Shown here piece after piece: positions 49,090-58,566 of a stretch of 64,000 nucleotides of DNA. Numbering within the stretch: the first letter of the stretch is position 1; each line of letters begins with the position of its first letter. The notes beneath the pieces were generated by a model. That model did not search any database and was not told the DNA's origin. It saw only the letters and a list, made by a program, of their open reading frames with translations. Origin of the DNA: an uncultured virus (IMG/VR IMGVR_UViG_3300009425_000016) (lineage: Duplodnaviria; Heunggongvirae; Uroviricota; Caudoviricetes); IMG/VR virus record IMGVR_UViG_3300009425_000016, positions 1 through 64,000 of that record; one strand, written 5' to 3'. The translations under genes were made by a program, and so were the position numbers.

Positions 49090-52000
49090 TTATGTCCGTT
49101 TCATAATGGAAATATTCTCAACTCCAAATAATGCCGGAGTCTGTGATGGGGAATATGCCCAATTACCTTGATTAATTTTATATCTTACACATTGGTCTAA
49201 AGTTATTTTTCGAGAAGCTATTGTATCAATTGTATGTAGTTGATAATCTGTCGTAAAAATTGGATTATCGACAAAACCTTTCGCTGCTCTGCCCTCTAAG
49301 GCTAATTCATAAGTCTCATCACCCATTAAATCTATTTTTCCACCGCCGGACGCGGTTTCTAATAATACATTTTCATTTAATCCAATATATTGTCTATCAA
49401 AAAATACTTCAGTATTAGCAGAATAATTTGAAAATTCAACATTTTGCAAATCATTTGTTAAACTATCAAATCTATAATCACTTATCTTAAAATCTTTATA
49501 ATATGACCAATGTTCTGATGATAAATTATCTATAGTAGATTGAGTAATAAGTTCTTTTGACAATCTAATAATTCTATATGGAACATCATCTAAAACTGTT
49601 ACTCCTGTATAATCTTTTACTGGTGACCCATCTACTTGTAATAATATTCCTGTATCTGCCGCGAGGTCAATATTATTTATTATAAATTTTTGATTATTTA
49701 ATGTTATTGAAGTATTACTAAATTCTGGAAAACCATCTATTTGAACGATATCATTATTACGCAACCATAAATCTGTATTAGTTTTAATTTTAATATAACT
49801 TTCGACCACTCTTACTTGTTCCGTGTGTGAAGCTGACGCCGTAATCGGAATTGTAAAAGCTGTTCCGCTAGTTTGTGTTATATCTGTATTAAGAATAATT
49901 TTATCATTTATAAAAACTGTTAATGTACTAGGTTCATATGTTTTAGTAAGTGTGTGAGATGTTGCAGCAGAATTGATTGTTTCTCCAGAAAGATCAAAAT
50001 AAGAAGTTTCATATTTTGTTGTAATACCATCATTTGTAGCCGCGTCTTCTTTTATAAAATATGTCTGACACAAAGACCAAAATCTAACATCATCATATGT
50101 TTGTTCTAAAAAGGATTCTTTCATTACCTGTTCTGTGGTCGCTGTATGCTTAACTTCACATTTATCTGCCTCACTTAACCAAACACCATCAATTCTTTCA
50201 TCATCTGATCCTGTTGTCCATTCAATATGAGACAAATCAAATTTTGGTTCAGGAACAGGCACCACTATAGGAATATCAAAAACTAATAAAAAGGATCTAT
50301 ATTTTATATTTTGATGAACATTTGAATTCTCAACAGTATTGACAGTTGTTACTGGATCAGTTTTAAACAATGACAGATCTAAAGTATTTCTCATAATTAC
50401 TTCACCAAACATATTTAATCCTGCTGGATGAATTGTATTTAAAATTAAATCCCTAAAAAGTTCAACTGATTTATCTGATTTTATAACATAAGAAAAATCT
50501 TGATAATATACACTATCTTGAAGCTTCTTTTGTGAACTACATTGACCATCCGCCCCCGCATAAAACCCAGGATAATATCTAACAGAATCCATAATGAGTG
50601 AAGCATTAGCAAGACCATTTCCAAAACCAGTAAAATCAAACGTTGGTGGAATTGGAGTTCCCCATTTATCCGTGCCATATCCTGTTCCAGGATTATCAAT
50701 GCGGACTGATGTAACACCTCCCCCCATAGTATCAACAATAAATACCGCATCCTGTCCTATAGGATAAGATCGACCACCAGTTGAAGGATATCCATTAGTT
50801 TCTATGTAATTAAAATTAGTATCTATTGAAAGAGTTGGCGTTGATTGATAACCTTTTCCATAATCCATTATTTCTACAGTTTCAATTTTACCTACCGTAA
50901 CATTTGAAAATGTAAGAGATTCTAATGTTGATGTATTAGTATTTGAAAGAAATGTGGCCGTGTGTCCCACATTAGCAGAAATTCCCCCGTAATCACCATT
51001 TATTTCGACAGAATTTGTATATGGATGATCACTTTCAATTTCAGAAATTAATGTAGGAGTAAATGCAAATCCATCTTTTCTAAAAGCATAAACAGTATCA
51101 TCTGAAGTAAAAGCCAGACTTGTATCTGCAGATGAATTTGCGGTTGGTGCATATCTAATAACCGTATTACTCAATACTTCAACTACAACTCCCCTCTTTG
51201 TTGATTGAGACGCATTATTCTGTATAAAATAATTTGAAAGTAAAAATTCCTCTCTTATGGGAATATCTGTTTCTGAAGAGAGTGTCATAACATGAGTATT
51301 CGCCAATTCAAAAATCTTCTCATTACATTTTTCTACGACGGAAAGTGAAAATTGATCTAATTCTGTAACTTTCGCTCTCGCGCTCTCCGTAGGAAGTGAT
51401 ACTGTATTATCAAAATCTACCCAATCTCCTACTTGATATCCTGAACCGACATTAATTCTTCGTAAACTTGTGACTTGATCCTCTGTAGTACTACCGACTT
51501 TTGCAACAACACCCACACCAATTCCACCAATTAAAGGAACAGTTTCCTCTTTTGTATATTGTCTACCCTCAGTAATCATAGTGGTTGTATTTGCGTTTGG
51601 ATTAGAAGAAACCATTCCCAAAACTGCAGAGTTTGCATAAGAACCATCATCGCTTTCTGAAGTTGCTTGAACTAGTTCTCCTATCTTAAAACTTCCAATT
51701 TGATTTTTTAAATATAACTCTGTAACATACGTAGTAGATACTTTATTAAGAGCTAATGAAGTTATAAATGCACTCGATCCAGTAGTTTGCCCTACTATAG
51801 TTCTACCTAAAAATTCACGATTTACAAATTCATCATTAACATGTAGGGTTATATTTCTAATCCAATCTCCATGAGACGGTTTGAGCATATCAACTTTTGG
51901 ATAATAAAAGTCTACGCTTTCTGTTGACAATGCTGCTCTAAAGAGTGTTTGATATGATCTTTCATCACCCTTTTCCATGTAAACTTCTTTAATTTTCGAT

Positions 52001-52482
52001 GCGAATATTTTTTTATCAATATCTAAATCTTCTGGCCAATTTTCAAAAAATTCATATCTAAAATTATAAAATAAATCATTATTAGGAGATGGAAATTCAC
52101 TCCAATCAAGAGCAACCTTCGAAGCATTTAATGGATTTCTTCTATAATGATGTATTGTCCCTGTCGCACCATTACTACCAGTTATAGTTTCACCAGCTTC
52201 AAATATTACATTATTAGTTTGTGACACATACAAGTATACTCCGGTTCCCAAATTCGTAGAAGTATCTATTGATAATATCTTAGCAGTAGCACTGTTCGTA
52301 TCACTTGTAATTACTTCTCCCTCAGAAAATGCACCAGTATTCGCGCTAAGATGTACTTGAATTGATTCTAAAAACTGATAATAACTTTTTAGAAACTGGA
52401 CAAACATCGCGTTTTCTTTTCGAAAACTAACGGGAAGCTGATTTTCTACAATACAAGATAAATTATTATTAACTACAGCCAT
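49090..52482 (-). CDS. gp7: Baseplate wedge protein (T4 gp7-like)
   Basis: FVQFLKSYYQFLE, KG...SY..LFR, P..DMLKPS.G.W, LQDSVYYQDFSYVIKS, HPAG..MFGE; lies between gp6 and gp8. Confidence 0.8.
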   Translation of the reverse strand: MAVVNNNLSCIVENQLPVSFRKENAMFVQFLKSYYQFLESIQVHLSANTGAFSEGEVITSDTNSATAKILSIDTSTNLGTGVYLYVSQTNNVIFEAGETITGSNGATGTIHHYRRNPLNASKVALDWSEFPSPNNDLFYNFRYEFFENWPEDLDIDKKIFASKIKEVYMEKGDERSYQTLFRAALSTESVDFYYPKVDMLKPSHGDWIRNITLHVNDEFVNREFLGRTIVGQTTGSSAFITSLALNKVSTTYVTELYLKNQIGSFKIGELVQATSESDDGSYANSAVLGMVSSNPNANTTTMITEGRQYTKEETVPLIGGIGVGVVAKVGSTTEDQVTSLRRINVGSGYQVGDWVDFDNTVSLPTESARAKVTELDQFSLSVVEKCNEKIFELANTHVMTLSSETDIPIREEFLLSNYFIQNNASQSTKRGVVVEVLSNTVIRYAPTANSSADTSLAFTSDDTVYAFRKDGFAFTPTLISEIESDHPYTNSVEINGDYGGISANVGHTATFLSNTNTSTLESLTFSNVTVGKIETVEIMDYGKGYQSTPTLSIDTNFNYIETNGYPSTGGRSYPIGQDAVFIVDTMGGGVTSVRIDNPGTGYGTDKWGTPIPPTFDFTGFGNGLANASLIMDSVRYYPGFYAGADGQCSSQKKLQDSVYYQDFSYVIKSDKSVELFRDLILNTIHPAGLNMFGEVIMRNTLDLSLFKTDPVTTVNTVENSNVHQNIKYRSFLLVFDIPIVVPVPEPKFDLSHIEWTTGSDDERIDGVWLSEADKCEVKHTATTEQVMKESFLEQTYDDVRFWSLCQTYFIKEDAATNDGITTKYETSYFDLSGETINSAATSHTLTKTYEPSTLTVFINDKIILNTDITQTSGTAFTIPITASASHTEQVRVVESYIKIKTNTDLWLRNNDIVQIDGFPEFSNTSITLNNQKFIINNIDLAADTGILLQVDGSPVKDYTGVTVLDDVPYRIIRLSKELITQSTIDNLSSEHWSYYKDFKISDYRFDSLTNDLQNVEFSNYSANTEVFFDRQYIGLNENVLLETASGGGKIDLMGDETYELALEGRAAKGFVDNPIFTTDYQLHTIDTIASRKITLDQCVRYKINQGNWAYSPSQTPALFGVENISIMKRT

Positions 52483-52493
52483 TAAAAATTACC

Positions 52494-54332
52494 TTAATAT
52501 GTTGTTGTGGTAGTTGTTGTTGAATTTGCGGTGACACTTCTTCTTTCTAAAATATTTACGTCTGTGACATTAACTGTAATATCACTATCTAAAATTTGAA
52601 AAATTTGTTCTCTTACTGGAATCATATCCTCTTCAACTGGTTCAAAATATACGTGAACAATATTATTTGTAATAGCTTGTGGTGCAAAAGCTACTAATAT
52701 TACTTGTCCTGAAGTATAATCAATAGATCCAATATTATTTCTTATTATAGTTTTTATAGTACCTGTCATTCTATAAACTCTTATAACTCCATTATAATCT
52801 TCCATTTTACATCCACCATATAAAGTGCCTGCTGTATCTTTATATGAAAAACTTGAACTAGATATAGCACCCAAATACCCATCAAATGGATGTGCTATCG
52901 CATTATTAAAATAAAATCTATAGGTTACTGCCGTAAGCAATGAGGGAATAAATGATGTATAAATTTTAAGCGTCATAAGACTATTAGTAATAGATTCATC
53001 TGATTTATCTATTTTTGTCAATAGTTTTGAAAATTTAAAATTAGTATCAAATAATCTTAAATCTGTGCTATTATAATTCTGCACTGTAGTTTTTACTTTT
53101 GCCGCAATCGCCGATGAAGATCCTGTAGTTAAAGCGGAATCATATTTTACTGTTATTGTTGGTTGAACTTTATAAATGATTGGGTCAGTTATTACTGGTT
53201 CAATTGCTACCATTTTTCTATCAGACAATAACGCTATAACCGTTTTTCTTTGTGCTGTTGTTAAAAATTCCGCACCTTTTGGTTTTATCGCAATATACAC
53301 TTTACCATAAACAGGAGTTGCGGAAGTTTCTCCTCCCCAAGACTGTATGCTTTCCGCATCTGGAAAATTTGCGAATATTAATGCTTTATAATCTTCTACT
53401 GTTACCGCTCGTCTTTGAGAAGAAAAAGTTTTTGGTGCATTAAATTTTACTGATTCAATCGATTCTCTTTCCGCTCCACCATATGCCGCGGTTGAAGTTG
53501 ATATGGTAATATTATCAAATCCTCCTATTGCATCTAATGATTTAAATGTTGTAGCTCCATTGGGTCCTTCTCCATTACATACTAATGCTCTAACCTGAAC
53601 TTGGTTTCCATGTGTTAACGCTCTTCCAATAGATCCATCACCAAATTGAATTTCATATCTACCATTAGACACTTCTGAAGTAAAATATATATTTGCTGTG
53701 CCAGATATGGCTGTAAAATCTCCCGCCTTTTCATATACATAAGATGTTGCATCAGATGGAGATACTTTAACAGTGACTTCTGCTGTCGATATATCCACAT
53801 TTGAATTTGGTAACACAAATCTTTGTTCTTTATCTGAAGTATCTTTAGTGAATGTATATACTGAAGGGACTCCCTCTTTTACATCTATTTGTTTTACATA
53901 AGCCCCCGCCAAACTTCTATCTATTTGAAATGCCTGTGTTGTAGCGAACACATATTGTTTTCCTTTAATTGTTGAATTAAATTTTGTAAATTTATCACAT
54001 GTAACAAAGGATGGGGAACCCGTCGGCACAACAGTAACAATGATTGCCGCACTTGCTCCAACTTGAGATCTTGGTGTATAATTTAACATTGCAGCTTTGG
54101 ATGCAACTGAATTTCTTATAGAAGCACTGCCTAAATACATTTCATTCGCTATCATATTTAAATAAAATGAGTTATAATGTGTATTATAAGCCAAAACATT
54201 AAGAATCGTATTTATTCCTGAAGCTGTAAAATCATAACCAGAAAAAACAGTCTGATTACCTAAAAATGATTTTAGATTATCTTTAATTTGAACAAAATCT
54301 AAATCTGTTACATCTAATTTTTCTGTTGACAT
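52494..54332 (-). CDS. gp6: Baseplate wedge protein (T4 gp6-like)
   Basis: LDFVQIKDNLKSFL, YDF..SG...LNVLAYNTHY, YEIQFGDG..G, ESIESVKFNAP..F.SQ.RAVT..DY. Confidence 0.93.
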   Translation of the reverse strand: MSTEKLDVTDLDFVQIKDNLKSFLGNQTVFSGYDFTASGINTILNVLAYNTHYNSFYLNMIANEMYLGSASIRNSVASKAAMLNYTPRSQVGASAAIIVTVVPTGSPSFVTCDKFTKFNSTIKGKQYVFATTQAFQIDRSLAGAYVKQIDVKEGVPSVYTFTKDTSDKEQRFVLPNSNVDISTAEVTVKVSPSDATSYVYEKAGDFTAISGTANIYFTSEVSNGRYEIQFGDGSIGRALTHGNQVQVRALVCNGEGPNGATTFKSLDAIGGFDNITISTSTAAYGGAERESIESVKFNAPKTFSSQRRAVTVEDYKALIFANFPDAESIQSWGGETSATPVYGKVYIAIKPKGAEFLTTAQRKTVIALLSDRKMVAIEPVITDPIIYKVQPTITVKYDSALTTGSSSAIAAKVKTTVQNYNSTDLRLFDTNFKFSKLLTKIDKSDESITNSLMTLKIYTSFIPSLLTAVTYRFYFNNAIAHPFDGYLGAISSSSFSYKDTAGTLYGGCKMEDYNGVIRVYRMTGTIKTIIRNNIGSIDYTSGQVILVAFAPQAITNNIVHVYFEPVEEDMIPVREQIFQILDSDITVNVTDVNILERRSVTANSTTTTTTTY

Positions 54333-54333
54333 T

Positions 54334-54786
54334 TTATTCTATTTCCAAAAATTCTGTAATAGTTATTGTTATCGGTTCTTTAACTGGTTTTACTGTGATT
54401 TGTACACTATATCCATTTTGATCTGGCCGTGGAATACACATAACGTTTTGAAGATCAACTATACCGCTTCCATTTTCTTTAATTGCATCTGTAATGGTAT
54501 TTTTAATTGCTTGTGCAGTAATATCATTAACCATTTCAAATAAATGATGGCCAATATCACAATAAAATTGTGCATTAAAAGGTACTTCATATCTTCTTGT
54601 TTTTAATAAATGCTTTATTCCCTGTGCAATAGATTCTGTTTTATTTTTAATAATAACATCCCCCGTCAAAGGATGTTTTGCGAAAGTTAAAGAAACGTCT
54701 GAAATCGTTTCTGATTTATTTATTTGAGTTTGGATATCTTTTTCGAACAGCCAATCTCTTTCTAAGTTTCCGTGTGTATATGCCAT
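54334..54786 (-). CDS. gp25: Baseplate protein (T4 gp25-like)
   Basis: DVSLTFAKHPLTGDV, I.Q.IK.LL.T..YEVPF; position just before gp6. Confidence 0.85.
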   Translation of the reverse strand: MAYTHGNLERDWLFEKDIQTQINKSETISDVSLTFAKHPLTGDVIIKNKTESIAQGIKHLLKTRRYEVPFNAQFYCDIGHHLFEMVNDITAQAIKNTITDAIKENGSGIVDLQNVMCIPRPDQNGYSVQITVKPVKEPITITITEFLEIE

Positions 54787-54794
54787 AATACTAA

Positions 54795-54802
54795 TATTTA
54801 TA
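54795..54802 (-). promoter_or_regulatory. T4-type late promoter TATAAATA
   Basis: tatttata at 54795-54802 in the intergenic gap just upstream of the gp25 ATG (54786). Confidence 0.7.
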
Positions 54803-54817
54803 TGTTATCTAACTAAA

Positions 54818-57800
54818 CTATACTAAACCCGCCGCTTCTAATAGTTTTGCGGTTTTTTGACTGCCATCCCCTCCTAAAAATAACATCATACCATAAGTAA
54901 AATCTATATTTTCTGGTGGTGGATTACCAGCGTTAATTAATTTATTCCTTACTCTCTCAGTTCCACCATTCGCAGGAGGAATATAAAGAAAATATATTCC
55001 AGCATCAACAATTCCTATTTTTATTAATGCTAAAAATTCTTCCATCAATTTTAATATTTTTACTAATTTTGGTATAATTTTTTCTTCAATAAATTCAATC
55101 AGATCGTCTATTTTTTTAATTAAACCTGAACCTATTCCTTTTAATCCTTCTAAAAAGTCTATTAATAATTCTAATATTGGTCTAAGTGCGGGTACTACAT
55201 CCTCTACATTCATGCTCCAAAAATCAGGATAAACTGATTCAGGTATATTTTCCTTTTTGAGTGTATTTTTATTAATTGCCTGAACAGAACAAACTCTTGG
55301 TGCGGGAAGATTAGCACTACCTTGATTTTTCCAATTAGGAAGCCATAGATATCCATCCAATATAGCTTCAAAATGTCTCAATAAATCAACATTAATGTCT
55401 GCAGCATTTAAACCTGATCCTTCTAATATCATTTGTGCTGCCCATGTACTTTCTTCATCTGTCAAATCTCCCAATTCATCGTCATCATAATCCGGCTTAT
55501 CTGGATCTTGGTCATCATCATCATCAATAACTAACTTGTGAAGAAGTTCTTCCCATAGTCTTGCTCCTTGTGGATCTGGTGCACCGGTTAATATTGGTTC
55601 ACCGCCGCCAGCACCACCTCCATCAGTCACTACACCAAAAGCTGTAGATTGGGTAGTAGCCTCGCGTAAGCTTTGAGCATCCTCGCTCCCAACATTATCA
55701 ATCTTTGCTGTTCTTTCTATTTCCTTTGCCGCTTCTAGTTTTGTTGTTAGATTTGAAAGCTCTAACTCCAACTCTTGAATTTTATCTTCAAATCTACTGT
55801 GAGTAGATGCTATCTCCAAGTTCCTAAGTGCAATGGCTTCATCGAGTTTTACTTTTTCCTCTTCTAAAGTTTCTATTTTAGTTTGTGAGGATTGTTTGTC
55901 CTCCTCAAAGCCATTTATCTCTACTTTCAGTTTTTCTATTTCCGCGTCATAATATTCTATTTGACCAGAATACTCTCCGGAACTGCCATCTTCATTTCGG
56001 CCTTCGACCGCGGCTGTTGCTGTTTCTAATGTTTGTGAAGCTTTTGATTTTTGGGATTTTAAGCTTGCCCACTCTAGGGAAATATCTCGATAATGTTGAT
56101 CGTCTCGATATAATTTTTCTTCAATCTTCGCTGGAGTCGATTCTTTAACACCATATTTGTAAGCGAGGACGTCTGCTTCACTAAATGTCATTGAATTGCC
56201 TATTCTCGACATTTCTACGTCATAAGCTTGCTGAAATATTTCTTGCCGTTTGGATTCTTCGTAGTCGCGTACCTCTTTCTCTATATTAATTAAATCTGTT
56301 TCTAAACTAGTTAAATTTTCTTGTGCATTTACTTGTTTAGATTCTGATTCTTGCACAGACTTCATTTCAGCTGATAGCGTTTCTAAAGCCTTATCTTTCT
56401 CCTCTTCCCTTGTTGATATTTCTGCTTCTTTTTCTAAAATCCTAGTCTCAGTACGTTCTATGCTTGATTCTATCTCAGCAATTTGTTTGTCTTTTTGAAC
56501 TTTGTCTGCTTCATGTTGTTGTAGTCTATCTGTAGGAGCTCCTATAGAGTGTTCAGGGACTTTTAACTGTCCTATTTGAGTTTTAATTTTCTCGATTTCC
56601 GCCTTAGTAGTACCAACCGCAGATGTTGCAGCAAGTACTGAATTTTCCATATTCTCCACTCTTTGAGCCGTTTCTTCCTGACTAAGTTTCCTATGATATG
56701 TTAATTCTTCCTCATATCCTCCTTGACCAATCTTATCATTATAATATTGATATAAAGCTACTTGTCTACCTTTCGCGCCTGAATCATGTTTCCATCGTCT
56801 CATCGCCATAATTCGTTTCATTATATCTTCTTTTTGATCATCCTCACCAAACACCTTTGTACCGTTTTTTAATACATAAGAATTAAAAACTTTAAATGCA
56901 TCACCTCCTCCTGGATCAGGTTTAGTGGGCTGTCCTTCTTCATCAATTACTCCAAGTCTATTATCAAGTTCGACTTCAACCAAAATATCTCCAGGTCTAG
57001 TATTTGGAAATATAGTCTCATGTAAGACATCAATTGCTTGTTCATATCTCTCTGTTGTTCCTTGAGTAAAAAGATCTACACTAGCATCTGCTGCAGTAGC
57101 ACTGACTCCTGGAGTAATATGATCATACCATTCCGTGTTTGATGTTTCATCAGTTCCACCACTCGTCGGAGCTTCAAATTTTGTTGCCGTTCCAGATTCA
57201 AGTATTTGCATTACTTCGCGAGTTCTTAAATTTTTAAAAAATACCTTATCCTCTTTATTAGAATTAATGTCAATTCCTCTTCTTCTAAATTTTTCTTTAT
57301 TATCACTATTTGTTCCTATTTTAAATATATCTCGTTCTGCTTTTATGCTTGATTTTTTTCCGGGCTTGATTGGCCATTTTTCTATTGGCGGATTTGTCAT
57401 GCCAGGATTAGGTGCACATAAATTTGTAACAATAATCTTTTCTTCTCTTAAAGCGTCTAAATCATTTGTCAATTCTACAGCTATATCAAATGCATCTTTA
57501 ATGGGTCTTATATCTGCAAAATAGTTATAAAGTTTAGCTAATTTTTCTACTATTTTAGCTGGATCTGATGTACCAAGAATTATTACTAATGCTCCAGCTA
57601 TTCCATCTTCTGATATTACTGGCCTGTTCACATCACCCTTATCATCAAAGGCTGCGTTCATTATTTCTATCATTTTACTTGGTTTGCAGATTTGCATTTC
57701 TCCCCCAAGAGCCCAAATAGAATCCGGATAAGTAATATCATGATACCCATCACCAGATTTCTCTAAAACTGGTTTTCCTTGAGCTGATCCAGATACTCCA

Positions 57801-58414
57801 GGTATTTCTCTATTATAAAAAACCTTTCCATTCCAAATTACATAATTTGTATGATTATTCACATACATTTCCCAAGATTTTTCATGAGGAACACCTGGCC
57901 TGTATGGTTGATTTCCTTCTGCTGCCTTCATATCATCAATATCAACAATCGGGTAAGCTGTAAATTCAATTTTATTCGTAAAGGGATTAACGTATATTCC
58001 TGATATTGCTGCTTTTTTTATTCGAAGATTTGGTGTTCTAGATTTGACATTATAGATTGATAATTTTGGATTTTGACCATTGATAAAAATAGTATATATT
58101 CCTGACCCCATAAAATCGTTAATTTGATTTTGAATCTTTGAGATCATTGCATCTAAAATTAAAAATAATGGATTTATCGACGCAAGAAGAAAAGCCTTAT
58201 TTGCCTTCAACAATAACTGACCAGTTTCCATTGCTTTTTTATATGCTGATATCGCCTCTGTTACATTTTCTATCAGCTCTGGAAAAAGTTGATTAGTTTT
58301 AACACTTGCCGCTAACCAATTTCCCTCCTTAATAGCTTTTTCCCGCAGCGCTCTTTTCTCTTCTGAACCGCCCTCAACTAAACGACTAACATTTCCACCT
58401 TTTCGAAAAGTCAT
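54818..58414 (-). CDS. Large hypothetical baseplate-region protein with a central coiled coil
   Basis: 1198-aa ORF; E/K/Q-rich heptads in the centre, acidic linker, amphipathic helical termini. Confidence 0.7.
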   Translation of the reverse strand: MTFRKGGNVSRLVEGGSEEKRALREKAIKEGNWLAASVKTNQLFPELIENVTEAISAYKKAMETGQLLLKANKAFLLASINPLFLILDAMISKIQNQINDFMGSGIYTIFINGQNPKLSIYNVKSRTPNLRIKKAAISGIYVNPFTNKIEFTAYPIVDIDDMKAAEGNQPYRPGVPHEKSWEMYVNNHTNYVIWNGKVFYNREIPGVSGSAQGKPVLEKSGDGYHDITYPDSIWALGGEMQICKPSKMIEIMNAAFDDKGDVNRPVISEDGIAGALVIILGTSDPAKIVEKLAKLYNYFADIRPIKDAFDIAVELTNDLDALREEKIIVTNLCAPNPGMTNPPIEKWPIKPGKKSSIKAERDIFKIGTNSDNKEKFRRRGIDINSNKEDKVFFKNLRTREVMQILESGTATKFEAPTSGGTDETSNTEWYDHITPGVSATAADASVDLFTQGTTERYEQAIDVLHETIFPNTRPGDILVEVELDNRLGVIDEEGQPTKPDPGGGDAFKVFNSYVLKNGTKVFGEDDQKEDIMKRIMAMRRWKHDSGAKGRQVALYQYYNDKIGQGGYEEELTYHRKLSQEETAQRVENMENSVLAATSAVGTTKAEIEKIKTQIGQLKVPEHSIGAPTDRLQQHEADKVQKDKQIAEIESSIERTETRILEKEAEISTREEEKDKALETLSAEMKSVQESESKQVNAQENLTSLETDLINIEKEVRDYEESKRQEIFQQAYDVEMSRIGNSMTFSEADVLAYKYGVKESTPAKIEEKLYRDDQHYRDISLEWASLKSQKSKASQTLETATAAVEGRNEDGSSGEYSGQIEYYDAEIEKLKVEINGFEEDKQSSQTKIETLEEEKVKLDEAIALRNLEIASTHSRFEDKIQELELELSNLTTKLEAAKEIERTAKIDNVGSEDAQSLREATTQSTAFGVVTDGGGAGGGEPILTGAPDPQGARLWEELLHKLVIDDDDDQDPDKPDYDDDELGDLTDEESTWAAQMILEGSGLNAADINVDLLRHFEAILDGYLWLPNWKNQGSANLPAPRVCSVQAINKNTLKKENIPESVYPDFWSMNVEDVVPALRPILELLIDFLEGLKGIGSGLIKKIDDLIEFIEEKIIPKLVKILKLMEEFLALIKIGIVDAGIYFLYIPPANGGTERVRNKLINAGNPPPENIDFTYGMMLFLGGDGSQKTAKLLEAAGLV

Positions 58415-58566
58415 TCATTCTCCTTCTTATTTTCTTTTAAAACATCCACTTCTTTTTTCAAACTAACAATAGTTCCTTTTATTATATCAATCATAGATTC
58501 TATTTGATCAGCCATTGGATTTGGTGGCAGTTCTTCTTCTGTAGTTTTCCATTTATCAGTTTCCAT
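58411..58566 (-). CDS. Small hypothetical protein (51 aa)
   Basis: Read manually: METDKWKTTEEELPPNPMADQIESMIDIIKGTIVSLKKEVDVLKENKKENE*; fills the gap, with ATGA overlap to the next gene. Confidence 0.65.
   Translation of the reverse strand: METDKWKTTEEELPPNPMADQIESMIDIIKGTIVSLKKEVDVLKENKKENE

Noticed and set aside
54818..58414. Calling the 1198-aa protein SMC or tape measure
   Set aside because: No Walker A/B motifs; the coiled coil covers only about a quarter of the protein
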